DNA of 63,987 nucleotides, counting the filler, from an uncultured Methanosarcinales archaeon (GTDB taxonomy: Archaea > Nanobdellota > Nanobdellia > Woesearchaeales > UBA12501): NCBI GenBank assembly GCA_964397315.1. It is 4 parts of 4 records of this genome, joined end to end, with 100 filler letters (N's around TTAATTAATTAA, not from the genome) between each part and the next. Parts side by side here need not be neighbours in the genome. Positions count along the whole stretch, not along the records: positions 1 to 20,823 come from CAYNHV010000021.1; 3 more parts are not named here. One strand, written 5' to 3'. The position numbers and the translations under genes are program-made. Of this stretch, positions 1 through 9,787 are shown one piece after another; position 1 is the stretch's first letter; each line of letters opens with the position of its first letter. The notes beneath the pieces were generated by a model. That model was not told where the DNA came from. It saw nothing but the letters and a program-made list of their open reading frames with translations, and made no database searches.

Positions 1-4
1 CTTG

Positions 5-53
5 AGGGTGTGGTTAGGATTTGCTTTATAAGATAATGGTCAAATTTTTATTA
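5..53. repeat. Right end of a MITE-like element (copy of 3091-3138)
   Basis: AGGGTGTGGTTAGGATT(T)GCTTTATAAGATAATGGTCAAATTTTTATTA matches 3091-3138 apart from one indel. Confidence 0.75.
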
Positions 54-124
54 TATGTTCATCTCCTCAGGGCATTTGCTTAACAAGAAACTTTAAATAG
101 AAAGGGAAACACCCCTTAAGAGGC

Positions 125-352
125 ATGGCAAGGAAAATCAACATCCCCACAGAAAAGATAACGTCCTTCTTAAAGCAGGTTCCTGTTCGCCTGAAACAGC
201 TGCCCCCCAGAATAATGCCCTTTCTTAAATCCGTGCCCCAGAGGATAAAAGGGTTTCCCTCAGTTTTCCAGCAAGCCCCAATTGACGAGAAGATAGCATA
301 TTGCGTGGTGGGCGCGGGAGTGCTTTTTATCTTAATGGGCCTTTTGTTGTAA
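125..352 (+). CDS. Small C-terminally membrane-anchored protein with ~11-aa amphipathic repeats
   Basis: TATA-like TTTAAATA upstream; repeats LKQVPVRLKQLPPRI/LKSVPQRI; hydrophobic C-terminus. Confidence 0.6.
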   Translation: MARKINIPTEKITSFLKQVPVRLKQLPPRIMPFLKSVPQRIKGFPSVFQQAPIDEKIAYCVVGAGVLFILMGLLL

Positions 353-439
353 TCTCACGATATGGCTGTTTGCGCTCCAGAAGCAGGGTTCTTGTTCTAC
401 GCGCTTGATAAGGCATAAGACACATCCGCAGCCCCCTGT

Positions 440-1153
440 TTAGATCGCCCCCCTCTGGCACAGCCTTATTATGTGTTTTGCCATCCGTTTCGTGTCAGGC
501 CCTCCCCCTTTCTTAAGGATTTTCTTCTTTTCTGCTATGCTTTGAAGCGTTTCAATGCTGTCATCTCTCCCTTCAACCCCGAAATATCTCTCTATCCTCC
601 CTTTCATGGTTTCAATAATCTCTGCAGCAACCATTTCAGGATCCTCAATCCTTTCAGGGTCAACAGCGCCGATTGCAGCATGGCCTGCCCTCTCTCTTCC
701 AAGGGGGATCAATCCTGGAGTGTCAATCATCATTATCCTGCTGCTTATCCTTAGCTTTTGCATGCCTCTTGTGTGGCCTGCAGCAGGGCTTGTGGAAGCG
801 CTCTTCTTTCCCTTTAATATGTTTATGAGGGTTGACTTGCCTGTGTTGGGGTATCCCACAACGCCCACAACCGCGCTTTTCTTTCCTGCCATTGATTTTA
901 TTCTTCTCATAAGCCTTAATGTGCCCAGCCTGTTCCTTGCGCTTATCCTTACCGAGTTAGGGATTCTCTTCTGGCCCTTCCTGTCCACCAGGTCACACTT
1001 GTTAACCACATAAAGAAACCTCTTCCCCATGCGCTTTATGATAGACTCAAGCCACCTGCTTCTGCTTCCCTCAACATCCCTTGCGTCTATGACTATAAGA
1101 AGTATATCAGACTCTCTTATTACCCCCTCCACTACTCTTGCCGGATTTTTCAT
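440..1153 (-). CDS. Circularly permuted GTPase, YlqF/RbgA family
   Basis: DAR, NKCD (G4), GYPNTGKS (G1), T (G2), DTPG (G3) in permuted order; start moved to MKNPAR. Confidence 0.9.
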   Translation of the reverse strand: MKNPARVVEGVIRESDILLIVIDARDVEGSRSRWLESIIKRMGKRFLYVVNKCDLVDRKGQKRIPNSVRISARNRLGTLRLMRRIKSMAGKKSAVVGVVGYPNTGKSTLINILKGKKSASTSPAAGHTRGMQKLRISSRIMMIDTPGLIPLGRERAGHAAIGAVDPERIEDPEMVAAEIIETMKGRIERYFGVEGRDDSIETLQSIAEKKKILKKGGGPDTKRMAKHIIRLCQRGAI

Positions 1154-1187
1154 TATCAAGAAAAGGCAGGAAGAATAAAATGGGGAA

Positions 1188-1406
1188 TCAGCTTTTAGCG
1201 GCAAGCTTTATGTCCTTTCCCTTGACTGTTTTCCTGCCTGCATGGCTTGCATATCTTACTGCTGAGGCAGCAAGCTCATCTGCCTTTTCCTCAATTATGT
1301 CCTTCAGAGCTGCCTTTGCCCTGTCAGATACCCTGTCAGCTCCTGCATGCTTGAGCACCTTTTCCATAGCTGCCAGAGGCAGCAGTTTTTTGCTAAGGTT
1401 GGTCAT
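1188..1406 (-). CDS. Archaeal histone (HMf family)
   Basis: LPLAAMEKVLK..GADRVS..A..HAGRKTVK..DI histone-fold signature. Confidence 0.95.
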   Translation of the reverse strand: MTNLSKKLLPLAAMEKVLKHAGADRVSDRAKAALKDIIEEKADELAASAVRYASHAGRKTVKGKDIKLAAKS

Positions 1407-1652
1407 GTTTATCCCTCCACCCCTTCTGTCTGACTAGGCTGAGGCTTATTTATAAATATTTTGCTTGCTGGCATGTTGTTCTGCTCGTGAAACCCCTCAA
1501 CCTCTTCTATAAGCCAAATAAGCCAAAAAAGGCGGTTCTGCCTGTTTTTGGGGAAAAAGCTCTTTTATACTGCTTTTTGTCATAAAAGAGCACTGGTCAC
1601 AGGACACTTAAGAGAGATAAGTATTTAAAAGAAGAAGCCATCTTTTTATCTT

Positions 1653-2057
1653 ATGTCTAAAAAAAGCAAGGGCATAAATGCTGAAAGAGAGCTTCTCCAT
1701 AAGTTCTGGGAGAATGGTTTTGTGGCAATGAGGGCGCCTGCATCTGGAGCCATAAAATACCCCTGCCCTGACCTTCTTGTGGCTAATTCAGTGAGAAAGC
1801 TCGCCATAGAATGCAAGTCAACCTGTTCAGACAAGCAGTACATAGCAGAAGCGCAGGTAAGCTCCCTGAAGATGTTTTCAGAGCTTTTGGGCGCAGAGCC
1901 CTGGGTGGCTGTCAGGTTCAACATGAGGAGCCATGAGAGCCAGGGATGGTACTTCATAAGCCTTGATGACCTTAGGGAGACTCAGGGAAAGAATTATGTT
2001 GTGTCCTTGTCTCTTGCAGAGGCAAGAGGATTCCTTTTTGAGGAGATGCTGCGCTGA
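1653..2057 (+). CDS. hjc: Holliday junction resolvase Hjc
   Basis: KG..AEREL, RAPASG, PDL, IECKS motifs. Confidence 0.93.
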   Translation: MSKKSKGINAERELLHKFWENGFVAMRAPASGAIKYPCPDLLVANSVRKLAIECKSTCSDKQYIAEAQVSSLKMFSELLGAEPWVAVRFNMRSHESQGWYFISLDDLRETQGKNYVVSLSLAEARGFLFEEMLR

Positions 2058-2080
2058 GCATGCCTCGCTGAATGCGGCAT

Positions 2081-2929
2081 CTAATGAACCTTAAGAATCT
2101 TCCTGAGTAGAAGGCTGAATATCAGGGAGAACAGGACGTAAGACCAGAACCACCCTATCTCAAGGCCCATAATCTTTATTACTGTAAGATCCTTCTGGTC
2201 CACTGCAATACCCCTCACCACATTGCTGTTCTCCACTTCCTTGATAGGATCAATGTACCTGTTTTCTGATACGAGAACATCCTTAAAATAGGGCTGCCCC
2301 CCTACTGTGAACTCAAGAGTGTGCCTTCCATCTTCCCCCTCAAGCTTCCAGCCTGCGTAATGTATATCTTCATCCTCATCCAGAAATCCTCCGTACCTGG
2401 ATTTAGTGAGGTAGGGATTCCTGAAGAAAAGCTCCTCCCCAGCTTTAATCAGGCTAACATCAGCAGTCCTGCCTGAGAGCAGCGTCACCCCCTCCGGAAC
2501 TTTTATTTCAGCGCTGCTTATGTTTCTGTTCTTGAGAAAAACATAGACATCAAACTTCTCTCCGGGGCTGACAGGATCATACGCCATGTTGCTGAAGAGC
2601 CACCCTATTATCAGTATTATGGGTATGAACGTGACCAGGGTGGGCTTAAGAGAGTGGAGCATGTATTTCATGTTTTTTTCCATTGCTTTCTTCTGCATGG
2701 CCATCATCTTCTCAGGGTCTTTCCTGAACTTCTTCATCTCCTTCTGCATGCCCTTGATATCCCCCTTTAGTGTTTTCATGAGTTCCTGGTCAGTAACCCA
2801 CTTGTACACAAGGGTTATAACCAGAGCAAGGATGAACGCTATGGAGAGAACAGTCCAGAACGGGCCCAGATTGAGAAAGGGGCTTAGAATGGGATCAAGC
2901 AAGAAGTTTAGCGAATCATAAAAGACCAT
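2081..2929 (-). CDS. DUF106/EMC3/TMCO1 (Oxa1-superfamily) membrane protein
   Basis: TM-coiled coil-TM (KPTLVTFIPII), C-terminal GWFWSY..S; typical position downstream of secY. Confidence 0.85.
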   Translation of the reverse strand: MVFYDSLNFLLDPILSPFLNLGPFWTVLSIAFILALVITLVYKWVTDQELMKTLKGDIKGMQKEMKKFRKDPEKMMAMQKKAMEKNMKYMLHSLKPTLVTFIPIILIIGWLFSNMAYDPVSPGEKFDVYVFLKNRNISSAEIKVPEGVTLLSGRTADVSLIKAGEELFFRNPYLTKSRYGGFLDEDEDIHYAGWKLEGEDGRHTLEFTVGGQPYFKDVLVSENRYIDPIKEVENSNVVRGIAVDQKDLTVIKIMGLEIGWFWSYVLFSLIFSLLLRKILKVH

Positions 2930-2957
2930 TTTTTATTCTCCCTGTTTTGGCGAGCGC

Positions 2958-3138
2958 TTTTTATTGAAAATGGCGCAAAGCCATTTTCAAGACTAAAAAT
3001 TTGACCATCTAAAATGCAAATCCGTTAATACCACACCAACAGAAAATACTTCGTATTTTCTTAGTTCCAAAAACAAGTTTTGGAACCTTTAGGGTGTGGT
3101 TAGGATTGCTTTATAAGATAATGGTCAAATTTTTATTA
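2958..3138. mobile_element. MITE/REP-like element with 14-bp terminal inverted repeats and internal hairpins
   Basis: AAAAATTTGACCAT (2995-3008)/ATGGTCAAATTTTT (3121-3134); hairpin GAAAATGGC-GCAAA-GCCATTTTC repeated at 63932-63962; right part repeated at 5-53. Confidence 0.65.
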
Positions 3139-3170
3139 TTATGGTTTAAAGGCTTTTTCTTTTTCTCCAT

Positions 3171-4556
3171 TTATATCTCCATGAACTTTCTCATCATGGG
3201 ATGCATGTCATACATGTGCTGTTTTGCAATCTCCTCATAAAGTCTATAGACAATCATGACTGTTAGCAGCAGCCCTGTGCCGCTCACAAGGGCCCCTGCC
3301 ATATCAGCTATTGCAGCAAGAAACCCTATTGTTATGGCCCCCATCACATTCAGGGGGGAGATGTACCTGTTAAGCACTTTCTCCAGAACTCTCTCGTCCT
3401 TCCTGAAGCCGGGCATCTGCAGGCCCGAGGATATTATCTTTTTTGCCTGGCTCCTCGCGTCCATGCCCGCTGTCTGAACCCAGAACCAGCTGAATATGAC
3501 ACACCCTATAATCATTATGAGCATGTAAACAAAGCCCTGCGCGTAAGGCTTCCACCCTATCAGTAAAGAGCCCTGCCTTATTATCAGCCCCAGCAGGCCT
3601 TCCTGGCCTCCTGGGACAGTGACCCAGCTTACTACAGACTGCGCATCAACATTAAGCCAGTTGCTCAGCAGCCTTGCCCAGAGCTGTATGTTTGCGAGCA
3701 GGGCTGCCACGAGTATCACCGGGATGTTGGATGTGTATATGAACGCGAGAGGCCATCTTACCCCATGCCCCCTCACCCTGCCGAAAGAGAGCGGAATCTC
3801 AACTTTCATGGCCTGAGAGTATACTGCTATAACAAAAACCACTATTGTGGCTGCAATTCCCGCTACCTGCAGCAAGGCCAGTTGCGAGTTCCCTCCTGAA
3901 AGGCTCTGGAGCAGCACAGGAAGCGCACCTGTTGCATACTCCGGGTTTGTTGGTGACTGCAGGGGGCTCAGCGTTGTTATGAAAAGAGCTTTTGAAATTC
4001 CTGCTGCAATGAAAAGGCTCACTCCAGAGCCGAAGCCCCATTTTGACACTATCTCATCCATGAAGAGTATTGCGATGCCTCCCAGGAACATCTGAAAGAT
4101 TAGTATCAATTCTAGATTAAAATAAACCAGGGTGCCCTTTAGCGATTCTGCAGGAGCCAGCCCGCCCATGAAAACGTATATTATTGACTCAAAGAATATG
4201 AAGAATATGGCGAGAAGCTTCTGGACTCCCTGGAATGTTTTCTTGCCCTCTTCTGAGTTGAGGTCAAACTTGATTATTCCGGAACCGTTGAGCAGCTGAA
4301 GAACGATTGATGCTGTGACTATTGGCCCTATCCCCAGTGATACTATGGATCCGAACTCAGCCCCCAGTATCACTGATAGAAATTCAAACTGCTTGAGGGA
4401 GTTCTGGCCCAGGCCGAATAAGGGTATTAAACCAAGGATGAAGAATGTCACGAGGACTATGACCGTCCACTTCAGCTTTTCCTTGAAGGACAGCCTTTTT
4501 TGAGTTGGCCCTTCAACTTCAGGAAGGTTCATCAGAACCTTTCTTAGCATGGACAT
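3171..4556 (-). CDS. secY: Preprotein translocase subunit SecY
   Basis: LGIGPIVTASIVLQLL, GFGSGVSLFI, YTSNIP, SGTGLLL. Confidence 0.98.
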   Translation of the reverse strand: MSMLRKVLMNLPEVEGPTQKRLSFKEKLKWTVIVLVTFFILGLIPLFGLGQNSLKQFEFLSVILGAEFGSIVSLGIGPIVTASIVLQLLNGSGIIKFDLNSEEGKKTFQGVQKLLAIFFIFFESIIYVFMGGLAPAESLKGTLVYFNLELILIFQMFLGGIAILFMDEIVSKWGFGSGVSLFIAAGISKALFITTLSPLQSPTNPEYATGALPVLLQSLSGGNSQLALLQVAGIAATIVVFVIAVYSQAMKVEIPLSFGRVRGHGVRWPLAFIYTSNIPVILVAALLANIQLWARLLSNWLNVDAQSVVSWVTVPGGQEGLLGLIIRQGSLLIGWKPYAQGFVYMLIMIIGCVIFSWFWVQTAGMDARSQAKKIISSGLQMPGFRKDERVLEKVLNRYISPLNVMGAITIGFLAAIADMAGALVSGTGLLLTVMIVYRLYEEIAKQHMYDMHPMMRKFMEI

Positions 4557-4557
4557 T

Positions 4558-5109
4558 TTATTCCTCTAGTACCCCTGTTTTTTGATTATGCTCTTTATCC
4601 TTATGCTGTTTTTGTCCTGCTGTGTCCTGTTCAGCCTTGCTTGAGCGCTCTTCCTTGGCTTTCTCCGCGAGGGCGACATTTCCCCCTGCCTTTTTTATCT
4701 TTTCAACTGCCCGTTCTGAAGCGCAGTCTGCTTTTATGTTCATTTTTTTCGTGACATTTCCTGATCCAAGGAGCTTTCTGAATCCAAGCCTGCTTATATC
4801 AATCTCGTAAGAGCTGGATTTTTCTGCGGCAGTCCCTCTCTGCGCAAACCCTTCAATCTTGTCATTAAGGTATCCAACATTGACCCCCTTCACATCCTTC
4901 CTGCCGGAGTGCGGTTTGAACCCATGCTTTCCAAAGTAAAGCCTGTTCTTCCATATGCTGGGTTTGTTGGTGTCTGCTCTCTTTCCTGTTCCTGCTTTTC
5001 CCCTGCCTCCCCTGTTGCCGGCACCTCTTCTCTTTTTCATTGATCCTCCGCCGTGCGTCTTGGAGCCCCTGTATCTTGTTAATTTCTTTCTTTTGTGGGT
5101 GGCCATCAT
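4558..5109 (-). CDS. rpl15: 50S ribosomal protein uL15
   Basis: RGSKTHGGG..RGAGNRGGRG, KLLGSG; operon position. Confidence 0.96.
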   Translation of the reverse strand: MMATHKRKKLTRYRGSKTHGGGSMKKRRGAGNRGGRGKAGTGKRADTNKPSIWKNRLYFGKHGFKPHSGRKDVKGVNVGYLNDKIEGFAQRGTAAEKSSSYEIDISRLGFRKLLGSGNVTKKMNIKADCASERAVEKIKKAGGNVALAEKAKEERSSKAEQDTAGQKQHKDKEHNQKTGVLEE

Positions 5110-5522
5110 ATCATCCTCTTTACGAGGTCATTTATCCTATCTCCCCTGTATCCAAGGACACCTCCTCTTGAGAAAGGCGCTTTTATGCCTTTCCTCTCAA
5201 ACCCGCCTCTTGGAGGGTGCAGCCTGAAGAAAGGCTTGGTTTTTTTGCCATCCTTAGGGCTCTTCTCTCCTCTTTTATCTATCAGCAGTTTGAGGGTCTC
5301 TTCATTAAGGTCGCCCCAGGTTATGTAATCCTTCACTTTCTTTATCATTCCCGTGTTCTGAGGGGTTTTTTCCAGCACAACGCAGCAGTTCTTCCTTAAC
5401 AGCCTCATCATCTCAAGAGTTTCCCGTATGTCTTTTCTTATGCCTGTCAGGCCTCTCACAAGTATGACTGCTGCCAGCTCCTTGCTTCCGCTTTTTGACT
5501 CCTTTCCAGCTGTCTCACTCAT
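5106..5522 (-). CDS. rpl30: 50S ribosomal protein uL30
   Basis: GMIKKVKDYITWG, FRLHPPRGGF; start at MSETAG. Confidence 0.95.
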   Translation of the reverse strand: MSETAGKESKSGSKELAAVILVRGLTGIRKDIRETLEMMRLLRKNCCVVLEKTPQNTGMIKKVKDYITWGDLNEETLKLLIDKRGEKSPKDGKKTKPFFRLHPPRGGFERKGIKAPFSRGGVLGYRGDRINDLVKRMI

Positions 5523-6372
5523 TTTTAACTGCCCCCTCTGATATCCCCAGGATTTCATTATGGTCAGGCAGGGTTTTTACTTCCATCAGCTTCTTGAGGG
5601 CGTTGAAGCAGGCCACAATGAGGTTTCCCCTGCTTGATGTCTTTCCCTGTGTTTTTGACCACACATCCTTTATGCCTGCCATCTCCAGAATCTTCTTGCA
5701 CTCGCTTTCTATGCAGAGGCCCTTTCCCTTTGGGGCAGGTATCAGCCTGACTTTCACAGAGCCCACCTTTGCCTCTACAGCAAAGGGTATTGAGTGGGGG
5801 CTGCTGCAGCTGCACTGCCACGAGCCGCAACCTCTTCTTATCTTTATGACGTTCAATTTTGCGTTTCTGAAAGCCTTCTCTCTTGCAGGCACTGTCTCCT
5901 TGGCCTTTCCAAAGCCCACACCCACTATGCCATTCTTGTTCCCCACCACTGCGGCTGTTGAGAACTTGGGCTTGTTGCCTTCCTGAGTCTTCTTCTGTGT
6001 CTGCTTGAATACTCTTCTCTGCCCCCCTCCAAATTTTCCTTTTGACTGGCCGAAAAGGAGGAGTTCTGAGGCAAGTTCTGGAAGGAGAAGGTCAACTATC
6101 TCGGGCTCCATTATTCTTGATCCCTCGTCCAGTACCTCCTCTATGTCCGTTATGTCTCCTGTTGTTACCCTTCTTCCTATCCCTGTCTTTGGGGTCCAGC
6201 CCTCTACGCTTTTCTTTTCAGGGGCTTCTTTCAGGAGTTCTTCAGGATCCTTTGGAGTCTCCTCAGATTCTTTGTCCTTTGCAATCTCTGTGCCTTCAGG
6301 GAGATTTCTCTCCTGCTCCTGAACTTCTTTCTTTGCTGCTGTTTCCTCTTCTGATTTCGCGCCTTCCATCAT
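5515..6372 (-). CDS. rps5: 30S ribosomal protein uS5
   Basis: WTPKT.IG, RGCGSW.C.C..PHS, PAPKGKGL; acidic N-terminal extension. Confidence 0.97.
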   Translation of the reverse strand: MMEGAKSEEETAAKKEVQEQERNLPEGTEIAKDKESEETPKDPEELLKEAPEKKSVEGWTPKTGIGRRVTTGDITDIEEVLDEGSRIMEPEIVDLLLPELASELLLFGQSKGKFGGGQRRVFKQTQKKTQEGNKPKFSTAAVVGNKNGIVGVGFGKAKETVPAREKAFRNAKLNVIKIRRGCGSWQCSCSSPHSIPFAVEAKVGSVKVRLIPAPKGKGLCIESECKKILEMAGIKDVWSKTQGKTSSRGNLIVACFNALKKLMEVKTLPDHNEILGISEGAVKNE

Positions 6373-6947
6373 GATCCTCCTGTGATATTCTTCTTTATAC
6401 TCTCAAAATATGCGTTTATGTCCTCTGGTTTGATGTTCTCTTTCCTGTAATGTGAAAACCTGGCATCATCCCCTTTCTCTCCCGACATCTTAAGGACGTC
6501 GCCTATGGCCTTCCCATTTATCTTTTCCTCAGGGGGGGCCATATCCTCGGGAAAAGGAATTTTTAATCCGCTGTCCGCTGCTCCTTTTACAGCAGCGTAT
6601 AATCTTGAACCTTTTGTTGACGAGTGCAAGCCTATATCAACGACAGCCTCTTTTACTCCCTTCTCTGCCGCCTTTTTTCCTGCAAGGAAGCCTGCAAGAT
6701 ATGCTGACGGGATGTTGCCTCCGGATGTCTTAAGGCCGAATTTTTTTAGGTCGTTTGTCCTGGCGCTGACAATAACCTCATCCCCTCCCCGGTTGTATTT
6801 TACAATCTGGACTGTCATGTTCTTCAGGGACTTTCTTATGACAAACCTTGCCTTTCCTGATTTCAGGAGGGATATTCTTTTCCTGTAGTCTGTCCTGCCC
6901 TCCCTTTTTCTTCTGAATCCCACCGAGTATGTGTTTTTACCTTTCAT
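6369..6947 (-). CDS. rpl18: 50S ribosomal protein uL18
   Basis: RRKREGRTDY.KR..LL, N.PSAYL.G. Confidence 0.97.
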   Translation of the reverse strand: MKGKNTYSVGFRRKREGRTDYRKRISLLKSGKARFVIRKSLKNMTVQIVKYNRGGDEVIVSARTNDLKKFGLKTSGGNIPSAYLAGFLAGKKAAEKGVKEAVVDIGLHSSTKGSRLYAAVKGAADSGLKIPFPEDMAPPEEKINGKAIGDVLKMSGEKGDDARFSHYRKENIKPEDINAYFESIKKNITGGS

Positions 6948-7396
6948 TTTTTCTTTATCAGGCCTCTCTCTTCTGCGTATACCTTAATGTGCCTTACATT
7001 CCTGAAAAAGCCGCCCTTGCATTTCCTGTAAAGGTCTCTGTAAACTCCCCCTTCTATGGCGCTCTTTCCCTTGAGCCTTCTGAGCAGCTTTCTTTGCGCC
7101 CTTATCTTGGACATCCATGTCTCTTTCTTGGGCGTTCTCGCTGTTTTCTTTCCCTTTCTGCTTCCCTTGCCCTTTCTTTTTCCCTTGCTCTTCTGCCTCT
7201 GCAGCTGCCTGCTCCTGCCTTTTGACTTGCTTTTCTTGTGCTCAAGCTGTATGGCCCCCTTGCTTATGAGGGCCCTCACATCTGTCTTTGTTATTGCCTC
7301 CTTTATCTCGTCCAGCCTGGTCTCGTCAAACCAGACTCTCTTTGGAGAGCATTTCATAACTTCCGATGCAAGCCGTTTCTGAACTTTCAGGTCCAT
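6944..7396 (-). CDS. rpl19e: 50S ribosomal protein eL19
   Basis: QKRLA..V.KC...RVW, G.GSRKG, W...IR..R. Confidence 0.97.
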   Translation of the reverse strand: MDLKVQKRLASEVMKCSPKRVWFDETRLDEIKEAITKTDVRALISKGAIQLEHKKSKSKGRSRQLQRQKSKGKRKGKGSRKGKKTARTPKKETWMSKIRAQRKLLRRLKGKSAIEGGVYRDLYRKCKGGFFRNVRHIKVYAEERGLIKKK

Positions 7397-7402
7397 TTTT
7401 TA

Positions 7403-8011
7403 TCACGTTTTCTTTGTGAGTATCTTGTCCTTCTCTTTCTTTTTCTCTTCTTTTTTCTCTTTCTCCATCTCTTTTCTCTCTTCTTCAGAGACGGTCTTTT
7501 CTATGTCTTTTTCCTCTTTCTTTTTCTCCTCCTCTGCTTTCTTCTTTTTCTTCTTCTCTTCCTTTTTCTTTTTTCTGGCCTCTTTTTCCTCTTTCTTTTT
7601 CTTCATATCCTCTTCTGTTTTGTTTATGAAAAGCTGGGGGTCCCTTATATTTATGACATATATCCCCTTCTCCAGGGTTTCCTTTAATATTGCAATCTTT
7701 TTCCTTTTTCCTATGGAGGATGAGATGATTATGGCCTGTGTCTTTGGGTCTATGCTGTCAAGGCGGGGGCTTCTCAGGAGCACAACCTCCTTCCCCTGAT
7801 TTTCCTTTCCTCTGACAGCCCTTGGAGAGCCGTATCCGGGGGTTACAACCTTCCTGCGGCCTTTTCTCCTCAGCCTCAGCTTAGACTGGAGGCCTTTTGG
7901 CCGTATCCATTTCCTTTCCAGGCCCTTCTTCTTGTGGGCGCCGCTTCTGATAAAATCAGGCTTTTTTCTCTTTATCAGCTTTCTCTTTTCAAGCAGTTCT
8001 TTCAGGCCCAT
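7403..8011 (-). CDS. rpl32e: 50S ribosomal protein eL32
   Basis: KPDF.R, W.RPKG.QSK.R, GYGSP; long K/E tail. Confidence 0.95.
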   Translation of the reverse strand: MGLKELLEKRKLIKRKKPDFIRSGAHKKKGLERKWIRPKGLQSKLRLRRKGRRKVVTPGYGSPRAVRGKENQGKEVVLLRSPRLDSIDPKTQAIIISSSIGKRKKIAILKETLEKGIYVINIRDPQLFINKTEEDMKKKKEEKEARKKKKEEKKKKKKAEEEKKKEEKDIEKTVSEEERKEMEKEKKEEKKKEKDKILTKKT

Positions 8012-8012
8012 T

Positions 8013-8561
8013 TTATTTCAGTTCCTTTCCCCCTTTCTCTGTTATGTATATGCCGTCCTGGAATATTCTGGCATCCCTGCCCTTGATCCTGGTGAGGAGC
8101 TCTATGTCTGCTGCAGCCTGTCCTGCTGTTTCCTTGTTCACGCCCTCCACGGTGATGGTGTCTCCATCAACCTTCACTTCAGCGCCATCTCTTATCCTGA
8201 CTGTTCTCGGCGTCTTTTCTCCCAGGAAGTTTGATATGCTCAGCTCATTCCCGCTTACTGACACATTCATCGGGAAGTGCCCTGAGCACACTTTCAGCTT
8301 GTATGAGTGGCCTTCTGAAACTCCCTTTATCATGTTTCTAAGGTGGGCCCTGAATGTTCCCATGACTGTCTTCTCCCTCTTTGTTGCGTTTCTTGAGGTA
8401 AGCAATATTGAGCTGTCTTTCTTCTCTATGCTGATTTGGGGGTGTTTCATCTTTCTCTCTGTCTCCCCCTTCTCTCCTCTGATTCGTATGGTGTGGCCTT
8501 CTATCTCGGCGCTGACCCCTTCAGGGATTTCCACTTCCATCTTCAGCTCTTGCAGTTTCAT
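8013..8561 (-). CDS. rpl6: 50S ribosomal protein uL6
   Basis: HFPM.V, NFLGEK, D.RIFQDGIYI; start at MKLQEL. Confidence 0.96.
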   Translation of the reverse strand: MKLQELKMEVEIPEGVSAEIEGHTIRIRGEKGETERKMKHPQISIEKKDSSILLTSRNATKREKTVMGTFRAHLRNMIKGVSEGHSYKLKVCSGHFPMNVSVSGNELSISNFLGEKTPRTVRIRDGAEVKVDGDTITVEGVNKETAGQAAADIELLTRIKGRDARIFQDGIYITEKGGKELK

Positions 8562-8592
8562 TTTATGTCTGTTTTCTTGTTCAGCTTGTTTT

Positions 8593-8982
8593 TCAGTAAC
8601 AGTAAGCCAAAAGCTTCCCTCCAAGACGCTTCTTTTTAGCGTCTTCAAGAGTCATTATTCCTTTTGGCGTGGAGATCATGATATGTCCGAATCCCTTTGC
8701 CACAAGATACCTCTTCTCGTATCTCTCAAAGTCCTCCACCTTGATTGGGTATCTTGGCTTTATGGCTCCGCAGCGGTTTATGTTTCTCAGCAGGTTTATC
8801 CTTATTGCAGGGCCCCTGCCCCCATCCTTTTCCTCAAAACCCCCGATGTAGCCCTTGTCCTTCATTATTTCCAGTATCCTCTTTACCACTTTGGAGGATT
8901 TCACCTCACATTCCTTCTTGGAGGTCTTTTCAGCGTTGAGTATCTTTGAAAGCGCGCTCGCGAGCAGGTCATTCTGTGACAT
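8593..8982 (-). CDS. rps8: 30S ribosomal protein uS8
   Basis: INRCGAIKPR, STPKGIM, GG.LLAY.Y. Confidence 0.97.
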   Translation of the reverse strand: MSQNDLLASALSKILNAEKTSKKECEVKSSKVVKRILEIMKDKGYIGGFEEKDGGRGPAIRINLLRNINRCGAIKPRYPIKVEDFERYEKRYLVAKGFGHIMISTPKGIMTLEDAKKKRLGGKLLAYCY

Positions 8983-8991
8983 TTTTTCCAC

Positions 8992-9222
8992 CTATCTGTA
9001 TTTTTTGAAGCCCAGGCTTTGTGCTGTATCCCTGAAGCACTGCCTGCAGAGGTTAAGCCCATACTTGTCCACATGCCCCCTGATTCTTCCGCATCTCCTG
9101 CATTTCTTTCTGTTGATGCCGCAGCTCCTCTCTTTCGGGGCATTGTGCTTGAGGTACTTGCTTTTCTTCTCTGGCTTTGTATCCAGCTGCTTCAGCATCT
9201 TTCTATAGTCTCCATAGCTCAT
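8992..9222 (-). CDS. rps14: 30S ribosomal protein uS14 (Zn-binding)
   Basis: CRRCG...[12 protein letters not shown]. Confidence 0.96.
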   Translation of the reverse strand: MSYGDYRKMLKQLDTKPEKKSKYLKHNAPKERSCGINRKKCRRCGRIRGHVDKYGLNLCRQCFRDTAQSLGFKKYR

Positions 9223-9770
9223 TCTTCTTCACCAACCTTTACATTGAATTCTGATTTCATGAAATTTACAGCCTCATCTTTTTTTATCCTGTGTTTTCCA
9301 GGCAGCTTTCTTCTCTCCACTCTCCTTTTTTTGATTCTGAAGCCGGGCCTTTCAAGGGTTATGCATGCCTGAAGCCCCATTATCCCTATCTCAGGGTCGT
9401 ATTTTGCGTCCTTGATATCTATGTACTCATTGATTCCGAAAGCGACATTTCCGTTTTCATCAAAGCAGCTTTCTTCCAGCACATTGGATCTAGCGTCAAG
9501 CAGGCGGGAGATAAGCTCTTTTGCTTTCTTTCCCCTGAGGGTTACCTTGCATCCCACAGGAAGCCCCGGCCGCACGCCCCACGTAGGTATCCTTTTTTTG
9601 CTGGCTATTTTTACCGGAGCCACTCCGCAAAGGTTCTTTATCAGCTTGACCCCCTTGTCAAGAGTGGCCTGGTCCTTGCCGGCACCTATGTTAAGGGTGA
9701 GCTTGCCTACCATGATGCCCCTCATAGCCTTCTCTTCTTTATTTCCCTTGGCAGTCTTTTTTTCTTCCAT
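9219..9770 (-). CDS. rpl5: 50S ribosomal protein uL5
   Basis: [27 protein letters not shown]. Confidence 0.97.
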   Translation of the reverse strand: MEEKKTAKGNKEEKAMRGIMVGKLTLNIGAGKDQATLDKGVKLIKNLCGVAPVKIASKKRIPTWGVRPGLPVGCKVTLRGKKAKELISRLLDARSNVLEESCFDENGNVAFGINEYIDIKDAKYDPEIGIMGLQACITLERPGFRIKKRRVERRKLPGKHRIKKDEAVNFMKSEFNVKVGEEE

Positions 9771-9787
9771 TTTTTCTTTTATCTTTG

